Shown here piece after piece: positions 28,585-35,910 of a stretch of 64,000 nucleotides of DNA. The notes beneath the pieces are model-generated. The model did not search any database. It saw only the letters and a list, made by a program, of their open reading frames with translations, and had not been told where the DNA came from. Position 1 is the first letter of the stretch; each line of letters opens with the position of its first letter. The stretch comes from an uncultured bacterium (lineage in GTDB: Bacteria; Bacillota_I; Bacilli_A; RFN20; CAG-826). The position numbers and the translations under genes are program-made. The stretch spans positions 31,965-95,964 of the forward strand of contig CASFZJ010000004.1 in the NCBI GenBank assembly GCA_949299165.1, in the 5' to 3' direction.

Positions 28585-28700
28585 AGAAATAACAAATAAA
28601 ATTATTTCTAAGAAGGATTAGTAGTTGTTTTGCACATACCTCCTTTCTGGCTACTAGTCTTAACGCCCACTCTAATTGCTCTCGGAGTGGGCTTTCTTAC
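28585..28700 (+). other. structured non-coding element of unknown class (three hairpins)
   Basis: Three stems: AGAAATAA 28585 with TTATTTCT 28602; GATTAGTAG 28616 with CTACTAGTC 28651; CCCACTC 28666 with GAGTGGG 28685, then CTTTCTT. The loop of hairpin 2 carries CCTCCTTTCT (28639-28648), identical to the 16S rRNA 3'-end anti-SD string. Confidence 0.35.
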
Positions 28701-28774
28701 GGGAATGTGAAATGTAGAAAAATAGAAAAATTATCTTTTCATGTTTTAAAATCGGTTTAAAATAATAAGTAGAT

Positions 28775-29080
28775 ATGAGCGAAGTAAGAAGAATTTTATT
28801 TGATAGCGATTTTGATTTTTCATCAAACGACAAATGGTATTGTTATTTAAATGATGACAGACTTGAATTTGTTGAATTTGAGAGATATGTTGGACCTATT
28901 ACCTTACAAAAATTGCCAAATGGAGGTATCCAATCTTTATTTCATGGTGATTTAATTATCAATGTTAATAATGGATTTTTAAAAGTTACAAAAGTAATTT
29001 TTGAAGGAAAAGAACTAAGTTCACAAGAATTCATCGCTCTTGTTGGTGAAGAAAATTTAATTAATCAAGTTTTGTTATAA
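28775..29080 (+). pseudogene. orphan fragment resembling the C-terminal domain of methionyl-tRNA formyltransferase (no catalytic N-domain present)
   Basis: 101 aa. ...GPITLQKLPNGGIQSLFHGDLIINVNNGFLKVTKVIFEGKELSSQEFIALVG... resembles the Fmt C-domain pattern G.I....GI.V..GDG.L.L..LQ.EGKK.MSA.EFL.G. No SD, an in-frame stop 9 nt upstream, and 290 nt of non-coding DNA before it. Confidence 0.4.
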
Positions 29081-29106
29081 CTTGATTTTTTATATAATCA
29101 TTCTTA

Positions 29107-30438
29107 ATGGGAAATGTAACTAAAGTTCGTTGCGTAGATTTTACTTTTGATGGCCAAGGACTAGCAAAAGATGATAAGGGCAGGACGTATTTCGTGCCTT
29201 CTCTTTTAATTGATGAAGAAGCGGAAGTTGAAGTTTTATATAGAAAAAAAGATTTTGATGTAGCTAAGATCAGAAAAATTTTAAAATTTTCGAAATATAG
29301 AATTAATCCTAAATGTGCGTGTGCTACAGCATGTGGAGGATGTTCTTTTCAAAATCTCGATTACCAAAAAGAATTAGAATATAAAAAGAATGTTGCAATA
29401 AAAACCATCGAAAGAATAGCAAAAATTAAGGTTGAAGGCGCTAAAGTCTATGGTATGAAAGAGCCTTATTATTATAGAAATAAGATTCAAGTTCCTTTTG
29501 GGTATGATAAACAAAAACGAATTGTTTATGGATTTTATAAATTTAAAAGCCACGATATTGTGCCTATTAAAGAATGTGTCATAGAAGATGAAGCACATGT
29601 TAAGATTTTAGAAACCATTAAAGATTTAATGCTTTCTTTTAAACTTGATCCGTATAACGAAGATTATCATAAAGGACTTTTAAGACATGTTTTAATTAGA
29701 GTCGGAAAAGTAAGTAAAGAAATAATGGTTGTTTTTGTTGTAAGTTCTTTGCACTTTCCGTCTAGAAAGAATTTTGTTAAAGCCCTCATCGAGAAATGTC
29801 CAAATATAAATACTATAGTTTTTAATGAAAATCCCCGCAAAACTAACGTTATTTTAGGAGAAAAAGAAGAAGTTGCCTATGGGAAAGGCTTTATTTTTGA
29901 TGAATTATTGGGTGTTAAATTTAAAATTAGCAGCAAATCTTTCTATCAAGTAAATCACGATCAATGTGAAGTTTTATATAGTTTAGCTATTGAAAAAGCA
30001 AAACTTACAAAAGATAAATCTATATTAGATGCTTATTGTGGGATAGGCACAATCGGCTTAATTGCAAGCAAACATGTAAAAGATGTTTTTGGTGTTGAAA
30101 TTGTAAAGGAAGCAATTATTGACGCAAAAGAAAACGCAAAAATTAACAACATTAAAAATGCAAATTTTGTTTGTAAAGATGCTTCTGACTATGTTGTAGA
30201 AAACAAATTCGATTGCGTTTTTGTTGATCCTCCAAGAAAAGGTTTAGATAAAGTGTTTTTGGATTCATTAATAAAATCTAGACCAAAGAAAATTGTTTAT
30301 ATATCTTGTGATGTTGGCACTTTTAGTCGCGACATTGGAATTTTAAAAGAATATTACAATATTGAATCAATTGATTTTGTGGATATGTTTCCAAGAACGT
30401 ATCATATTGAAACCGTTGCAAGCTTGTCAAAAAAATAA
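29107..30438 (+). CDS. 23S rRNA (uracil-5-)-methyltransferase, RumA/RlmCD family
   Basis: 443 aa. N-terminal TRAM-like domain, 4-Cys cluster (CACATACGGCSFQ plus a later C), SAM-MTase motifs (DAYCGIGTIGL, VDPPRKG) and catalytic ...YISCD... Confidence 0.85.
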   Translation: MGNVTKVRCVDFTFDGQGLAKDDKGRTYFVPSLLIDEEAEVEVLYRKKDFDVAKIRKILKFSKYRINPKCACATACGGCSFQNLDYQKELEYKKNVAIKTIERIAKIKVEGAKVYGMKEPYYYRNKIQVPFGYDKQKRIVYGFYKFKSHDIVPIKECVIEDEAHVKILETIKDLMLSFKLDPYNEDYHKGLLRHVLIRVGKVSKEIMVVFVVSSLHFPSRKNFVKALIEKCPNINTIVFNENPRKTNVILGEKEEVAYGKGFIFDELLGVKFKISSKSFYQVNHDQCEVLYSLAIEKAKLTKDKSILDAYCGIGTIGLIASKHVKDVFGVEIVKEAIIDAKENAKINNIKNANFVCKDASDYVVENKFDCVFVDPPRKGLDKVFLDSLIKSRPKKIVYISCDVGTFSRDIGILKEYYNIESIDFVDMFPRTYHIETVASLSKK

Positions 30439-30580
30439 AAATTCAAAGTGATATGTGTCTATTACATATAAAGGCACAAAAAAATTAAAAATCTTCTTCA
30501 CATAAGCTTAAGACTTTTGATACTATTTTCGAGATGAAAATACGATTTAAGCGAAAAACCAAACTAAAAGTGAATTATGA

Positions 30581-30612
30581 GTCCTCTTTATAAGGGGACT
30601 TTTTTCTTTTTT
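30581..30612 (+). terminator. rho-independent terminator about 140 nt after the methyltransferase gene
   Basis: GTCCTCT (30581-30587) pairs with AGGGGAC (30593-30599), followed by TTTTTTCTTTTTTT. Confidence 0.65.
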
Positions 30613-30859
30613 TAGGACCTTAAATCGAAAGAAAGGAAAAAAGAATTTATGAAAAAACTTAATTGGAAGAAGTTAAAACCAAATTACAGCGCTTGATGTT
30701 GTTAAAGAAGAAAGAGAAGATAGTTCAAAAGCAGAAAATACTGATAAGAAAAAGAAAAGATTTTATTGGTTTAGTTTCGGTAAAAAAGAAAATAAAGATC
30801 AAAAATAATTGATAAATTATTTAGAAAAATTCAATTTTCTATTATTTTTAAATGAATGA

Positions 30860-30889
30860 AACGCTGAAGATAAAAATTTAGCGTTTTTT
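30860..30889 (+). terminator. orphan rho-independent terminator in a gene-free region
   Basis: AACGCT (30860-30865) pairs with AGCGTT (30880-30885), followed by a T-run. Nothing intact lies upstream; the only coding-like sequence is a disrupted short ORF at 30649-30808. Confidence 0.5.
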
Positions 30890-31107
30890 AATTCAATAAT
30901 TAAAACCCTTAAACGATTAAGTTCTGCTTGCTAAAGTGACTTTTTCTATTTTTAGTAAGTTCTTAGAGTTAGTAACATCCTAAATAAATGATTGAAAGAG
31001 CAGAACTTAAAAGCAATAATATTTTCAATCGAATCTTTATTTAAAGATTAATTCCTACAAAAGATTTTAAGGACAAATCTTAATCATAAAAAAATGGAGG
31101 TAAAAAC

Positions 31108-32496
31108 ATGAAATCTATTAGCGTTAGCGTAAAAAACAAGACAACAATTGAGCTTAATGAAGATGCTCAAAAAGGAGATATTATTGATTTAAGTCAGATT
31201 ACAACTGTTGATACTTCCTTTTTAAATGAACTTATTGAAGAGAAAAAAGAACAAGTTTTAGATAGAAGAATTAAAGAAGAAGTTGATAGAAAAATTATTG
31301 AACTTAACAAAGATAACAAAATTAAATTAAATGCTGAAATTTCTAAAATTAATAAAACTAACGAAGAAGCAATTTCTAAGATAAAAGAAGAAAATAAACA
31401 AAAAGAGTTGAGTTTTGCAAGGAATTTGAACGAAAAAGATATTGAAATTAATAATTTAAAAAATGAAATTTCTAATTTAAACAAACAAAAAGATAGTGAT
31501 ATTAAAAATAAAGAATTAGAAATTTTGAGTAAATATAAAGACGAATTAAGCAATTTGAAACTTGAACTACAAACGAAAGTTAGCGAAATAAAAGAACTTA
31601 AAAACCAATATCAATTAGATCTAGAAAAAGAAAAGTCAAATTTGAAAGATCAGTTTGCAAAGCAAAAACAAGAGGAAGACAAAGTTCATGAAAAAGAAAA
31701 AGAAGATTTAATTAATCAAATCAACCAACTTCAAAGAAATAAAGCTGTTTTGAACATTAAAAATACTGGTGAAGATTTAGAAGTTTGGTGCGATAAAGAA
31801 GTTGAATCTTATATGCAAAATGGATTTAGCAATTGCACATGGCACAAAGACAATAAAGTTGTAAAAGATGAAGACGAAACCAAAGGAAGCAAAGCTGATT
31901 TTATATTTAAAATATATGCCGATGATTCACACAGTGAAGAACAACTTTTGACTTCGGTTTGCCTTGATATGAAAGATGAAAATCCAGATAGCACTTACCG
32001 AAAAGCAAATAAAGATTACTATGCTCAACTTGATCGAAATAGAATTAAAAAACAATGTAAATATGCAGTTTTAGTTTCTAATCTTGAAAGAAAGAGCAAT
32101 TCTAACGATATTCCAATATTTAAAGTTAAAGAATATCAAGATATGTATGTCGTAAGACCAGAATATTTAATGACATTTTTAAATATGTTAGTTTCTTTAA
32201 CTAATAAATTTGCTTATTTATATCTTCAAAAAGCAAAAGAAGAGATTCAATTTTATTCAAGAGAACAATTATTCAAGAAATTTGATGAACTCAAAAACAC
32301 ATATCTCGATAAACCATTAGAAACGTTAGGAAAGAGAGTTGATGAGATTTCAAAGCAAAACGAAAATATTGCAAACGCTAGTAAAAAAATCGGCGAAGCA
32401 ATAGAGGCAATAAAAAAACACTATTTAGATGAAATTGAAAAGAAGTTAAACAATTTTGATATAAAAATTACCAAAGAATATAAAACTATTGGTTAG
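31108..32496 (+). CDS. DUF2130-like protein: N-terminal domain, long K/E/N-rich coiled coil, C-terminal PD-(D/E)xK-like module
   Basis: 462 aa with strong RBS GGAGG. N-terminus ...IELNEDAQKGDIIDLSQITTVDTSFL... A heptad-rich segment of about 200 aa. C-terminal ...GSKADFIFKIY...VCLDMKDE...YAVLVSNLE... The family assignment is from memory, not searched. Confidence 0.5.
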   Translation: MKSISVSVKNKTTIELNEDAQKGDIIDLSQITTVDTSFLNELIEEKKEQVLDRRIKEEVDRKIIELNKDNKIKLNAEISKINKTNEEAISKIKEENKQKELSFARNLNEKDIEINNLKNEISNLNKQKDSDIKNKELEILSKYKDELSNLKLELQTKVSEIKELKNQYQLDLEKEKSNLKDQFAKQKQEEDKVHEKEKEDLINQINQLQRNKAVLNIKNTGEDLEVWCDKEVESYMQNGFSNCTWHKDNKVVKDEDETKGSKADFIFKIYADDSHSEEQLLTSVCLDMKDENPDSTYRKANKDYYAQLDRNRIKKQCKYAVLVSNLERKSNSNDIPIFKVKEYQDMYVVRPEYLMTFLNMLVSLTNKFAYLYLQKAKEEIQFYSREQLFKKFDELKNTYLDKPLETLGKRVDEISKQNENIANASKKIGEAIEAIKKHYLDEIEKKLNNFDIKITKEYKTIG

Positions 32497-33121
32497 ACAC
32501 ACACGAAAATAATAGTGAAAGGCTAAATTTAATAAATTCTTTTCTATCAAATTCATAATAAGTTCCTGCTTTTTGCATAGCAATTTTTTGTTTTGGAATA
32601 GGACTACAAGCAGGAGCTACACCTAAAATTACAGAAAAGAATCCTTGGATGAAGAATGGAATTATTTTTTCATCAATATTAGGAAATTGAAAATTTAACA
32701 TATTTTTTAAAGTGCCAAAAAGGGGTTTAATCTTAATTTTGAATTTATCGAGTCTTTCTTGCGAACAAACATACTCAATTTGTTCTATATATAAGGAATT
32801 AATAACAAGTAAGTCGTAGTATTTTAAAAATATATTTGCTAACGTATCTACTATTTCTTCTTTTGAAAGCTTTTTTGAAAGAAGCTTTTCGTTAATTTCT
32901 TCATTAATTCCTAAGTAATATTCTTCAAGAATATCTAAAAAGATTTCTTCTTTGTTTAAGTAATAATTGTAAATTGTTGATCTTGCAATATTAGTTTTTT
33001 CAGAAATCTTTGTAAACGTAATTTGTCTAAATGATAAAGTTTTATAAAGTTCTTGTGTGGCGTTTATAATGTCTTGTTTTCTTTCATTTATTTGATCGTT
33101 CGTTCTTGCTCTTTGAAACAT
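32486..33121 (-). CDS. TetR/AcrR-family transcriptional regulator
   Basis: 211 aa. HTH ...FTKISEKTNIARSTIYNYYLNKEEIF... Confidence 0.8.
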   Translation of the reverse strand: MFQRARTNDQINERKQDIINATQELYKTLSFRQITFTKISEKTNIARSTIYNYYLNKEEIFLDILEEYYLGINEEINEKLLSKKLSKEEIVDTLANIFLKYYDLLVINSLYIEQIEYVCSQERLDKFKIKIKPLFGTLKNMLNFQFPNIDEKIIPFFIQGFFSVILGVAPACSPIPKQKIAMQKAGTYYEFDRKEFIKFSLSLLFSCVSNQ

Positions 33122-33136
33122 AAAGGCTCCTTTCTA

Positions 33137-33151
33137 TTGACATATTGTCAA
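33137..33151. promoter_or_regulatory. perfect 15-bp palindrome, candidate TetR operator overlapping a -35 hexamer
   Basis: TTGACATATTGTCAA lies 16 nt upstream of the minus-strand TetR start and in the divergent promoter region. TGTCA recurs at 33170 and 33177. Confidence 0.55.
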
Positions 33152-33239
33152 TTGTATTATAGTAATTGCTGTCATTCTGTCAATTATTCATCCATATATT
33201 TTTATTTAAAAAGAACAAAATTTAGAAGATAATTTAAAC

Positions 33240-33545
33240 ATGAAATACCAAAAAGAAGTGTATGAGTTTTTAACAACGATCCCTAAAGGTAAAGTTGTGA
33301 CCTATCAAGATATAGCAATATATTTAGGCAACAAGAATTTATCTAGGGTTGTTGGGAATGTACTTCATAAAAATGATAAACCATTAATTTATCCTTGTTT
33401 TAAAGTTGTAAATTCTAAAGGCGAATTGGCTGAAAACTTCGCTTTTGGTGGAAAAGAAAATCAAAAGAAACTTCTAGAAGAAGATGGAGTTGTTGTAGAA
33501 GATTTTAAAGTTGATTTAACAAAATTTAGGTGGACTGGATTATGA
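33240..33545 (+). CDS. MGMT-family (O6-alkylguanine-DNA alkyltransferase C-domain-like) protein with variant active site
   Basis: 101 aa. ...IPKGKVVTYQDIAIYLGNKNLSRVVGNVL... HTH region, then ...IYPCFKVV... where the canonical motif is PCHRV. Confidence 0.8.
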   Translation: MKYQKEVYEFLTTIPKGKVVTYQDIAIYLGNKNLSRVVGNVLHKNDKPLIYPCFKVVNSKGELAENFAFGGKENQKKLLEEDGVVVEDFKVDLTKFRWTGL

Positions 33546-34501
33546 GTAAAATTTTAGTTATCGGAGAGGTTTTAATTGATTTGATTGAAAATCAAAATAA
33601 ATTTAATTGTTCGGTTGGAGGAGCCCCATTTAATGTAGCTTATAATCTTTCCTCTTTATCTGACGATGTAACTTTTATTGGTCAAGTTGGTGATGACTTT
33701 TTTGGCGAAAAAATAAAGAAACTTATTTCTAACAAAATTAATTTTCATTCTGAAGTTGAAACTTTAAATGATAGAAATACAACCGTTGCACTAAATGTTT
33801 CTGATGAAAACGGAAATAGAAATTACTCATTTTTGAGAAAAAACACTGCAGATTACGCATTTAATTGGGAAAAAATTGAATATTTAGATTTGAAAAATTA
33901 TGATTTAATCCATTTTGGAAGTTTATTTTTATCTGATAATTATTCACGTGAAAAGATGTTAAATTTCGTGAAAAGTTGTAAGGAAAATAGCACATTAATT
34001 TCTTTTGATGTGAACTTTAGATCTGATATTTTTGAATCAGTCGAAAAAGCAAAAAAATCCTATAGATTTTTTATAGAAAATGCGGATATTTTGAAGATTT
34101 CAAGCGAAGAAATTGAAACATTTTTTGGCGAAAAAAATGATTTTGATGTTTTGCGTGAAAACTTGGTAAATAAAGTAGTGGTTTTAACTAAAGGAAAGTC
34201 TGGCTCACTCTTAAAAATCAACAATAAATTTTATACGCAAACTTCATTTAATGTTCGTGTGAAAGATACAATTGGAGCAGGAGATAGTTTCTATAGTGGA
34301 TTCTTGCACAAATTAACAAAATTGAATTTGGAAAAACTTAACGACGAAGAAGTTATGAAAACTCTTGAATTCGCTAGTGCTTGTGGCGCCTTAACTTGCT
34401 CAACAGAAGGCGCCATTCAAGGATATAAAAATGAAGAAGATGTCCTCTCCTTCATTAATAATTATTCTAAAAAGAAAAGATTTATGTTCTTTAAATATTA
34501 A
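33542..34501 (+). CDS. PfkB-family sugar kinase (fructokinase-like)
   Basis: Motifs ILVIGEVLIDL, GGAPFNVA and DTIGAGDSF. The ATG overlaps the stop of the upstream gene (ATGA), so the start is at 33542 rather than the GTG at 33530. Confidence 0.85.
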   Translation: MSKILVIGEVLIDLIENQNKFNCSVGGAPFNVAYNLSSLSDDVTFIGQVGDDFFGEKIKKLISNKINFHSEVETLNDRNTTVALNVSDENGNRNYSFLRKNTADYAFNWEKIEYLDLKNYDLIHFGSLFLSDNYSREKMLNFVKSCKENSTLISFDVNFRSDIFESVEKAKKSYRFFIENADILKISSEEIETFFGEKNDFDVLRENLVNKVVVLTKGKSGSLLKINNKFYTQTSFNVRVKDTIGAGDSFYSGFLHKLTKLNLEKLNDEEVMKTLEFASACGALTCSTEGAIQGYKNEEDVLSFINNYSKKKRFMFFKY

Positions 34502-35088
34502 TAAATACTTGTTAAGAGTCTAGCTAATGTATTTTCGTCTAAATCACAATCTTCATTAACCCATCTTTTAATGACAGCGTACCAACCCGAAATAATAAAT
34601 CCGATGTAGTAAGCGTCATTAATATAGATATTTTGTCTATACTTAATGTTGGTATTTAAAAGATTCGAAACAAAATCAAAAGAAATTAATTTATTACCAA
34701 TTTCCTCATATAAATTGTTATTCATTATAGTTCTTACAAAACGGCGATTTTGTTTTAAATATTTTAACATCAATGAGATTTTAGCTGCAGTGTTTTCGCT
34801 TTTTTCGTCGATGGAATCGGCTAAATATTTTTTGACATTTTTAAAGAATTCAGAAACCATTTCATCAAGAAGTGAATAAATTGAACTATAGTGATTGTAA
34901 AAAGTTGTACGATTAAGATTCGCATTTTTACAGAGCTCACTTACATCAATTTGAGTGACAGGTTTTTCTTGAAGAAGTTTAATTAAACTCTTTGCTAAAG
35001 ACTTCTTGGTGTTTCTGATTTTTTCATGAATTTTTTCAGACTTTTCATCAACTAAATCTAATGTGTCTTCTGCTTTTAACTCTTTCAT
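34498..35088 (-). CDS. TetR/AcrR-family transcriptional regulator
   Basis: 196 aa. HTH ...VSELCKNANLNRTTFYNHYSSIYSL... Confidence 0.8.
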   Translation of the reverse strand: MKELKAEDTLDLVDEKSEKIHEKIRNTKKSLAKSLIKLLQEKPVTQIDVSELCKNANLNRTTFYNHYSSIYSLLDEMVSEFFKNVKKYLADSIDEKSENTAAKISLMLKYLKQNRRFVRTIMNNNLYEEIGNKLISFDFVSNLLNTNIKYRQNIYINDAYYIGFIISGWYAVIKRWVNEDCDLDENTLARLLTSIY

Positions 35089-35140
35089 ATTTATTTATAC
35101 ATTATATCAAAAAATGTTGATTTAAAAATAAAATTTAAAT

Positions 35141-35169
35141 TTGACTAATTGAATAGTCAACATATGTTG
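35141..35169. promoter_or_regulatory. composite inverted repeats, candidate TetR operator for the divergent ABC operon
   Basis: TTGACTA-ATTGAA-TAGTCAA (35141-35160) overlaps the perfect palindrome CAACATATGTTG (35158-35169). Located between TetR (-) and the ABC ATPase (+). Confidence 0.5.
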
Positions 35170-35205
35170 CCTAAAATTGTATTAATTAGTAGAGGGCAAA
35201 ATAGT

Positions 35206-35910
35206 ATGGATTATCTTGTACAGTTTAAAAACGTTAGTAAGGAATATCACGTTGGTGATACTGCGATTAAGGCTAACGATAATTTGTCATTCAACATTAA
35301 AGAAAACGAATTTTGTATCATTGTTGGACCTAGTGGTAGCGGAAAAACCACACTTTTAAATTTGCTTGGTGGTATGGATGCGTTAACTACCGGCTCAATC
35401 ATGGTCGATAAAGAAGATATTTCAAAATATAACGAAAAACAACTTACTCTTTTTAGAAGAAATTCAATTGGTTTCGTTTTCCAATTCTATAATTTAATGC
35501 CTAATTTAACTGCTGTTGATAATGTTGAAATTGCTAGTGAGATTTGTGAAAACCCTCTTGATTCTGTCGAAGCTTTAAGAGCTGTTGGGCTTGAAACACG
35601 TATGAAAAATTTTCCTAGCCAATTATCGGGCGGAGAACAACAAAGAGTTTCAATTGCTAGAGCTTTAGCAAAAAATCCAAAATTATTACTTTGTGACGAA
35701 CCAACTGGTGCCCTTGATTATGAAACTGGTAAAAAAGTTTTGAAAGTTTTGCATGAACTTTGTAAAAAAAGAAATAAAACTGTTATTGTTATTACCCATA
35801 ACTCAGCCTTAACACAAATGGCTGACCATGTTTTACATATCAAAAACGGCACAATTGTTGCTGAAGAATATAATGAAAATCCAAAACCAATTGAGGAGAT
35901 TGAGTGGTAA
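35206..35910 (+). CDS. ABC transporter ATP-binding protein (MacB/LolD-like)
   Basis: Walker A GPSGSGKTT, signature LSGGEQQRVSIARA and Walker B LLCDEPTGALD. Start at MDYLVQFKN (ATG 35206, GAGGG upstream). The ORF-track extension crosses the operator. Confidence 0.9.
   Translation: MDYLVQFKNVSKEYHVGDTAIKANDNLSFNIKENEFCIIVGPSGSGKTTLLNLLGGMDALTTGSIMVDKEDISKYNEKQLTLFRRNSIGFVFQFYNLMPNLTAVDNVEIASEICENPLDSVEALRAVGLETRMKNFPSQLSGGEQQRVSIARALAKNPKLLLCDEPTGALDYETGKKVLKVLHELCKKRNKTVIVITHNSALTQMADHVLHIKNGTIVAEEYNENPKPIEEIEW

Noticed and set aside
28611-28659. H-type pseudoknot (AGAAGGA/TCCTTTCT interleaved with GATTAGTAG/CTACTAGTC)
   Set aside because: The connecting loops would be 0 and 2 nt for stems of 7 and 9 bp, which is sterically implausible. 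The two pairings are better treated as mutually exclusive alternatives, and the element itself remains low-confidence.
29072-29109. Leaderless transcription of the rRNA methyltransferase gene (TATAAT at 29093-29098, 8 nt before the ATG, no SD)
   Set aside because: The -35 match (TTGTTA with a 15-nt spacer) is weak, and TATAAT-like strings are frequent in DNA this AT-rich. It cannot be supported without transcription-start mapping.
30691-30697. Programmed +1 frameshift (prfB-like) at GCT TGA T in the mini-ORF
   Set aside because: The slippery context of known +1 sites (CUU UGA C with an upstream SD-like stimulator) is absent. The ORF has no recognisable homology, so simple decay is more likely.
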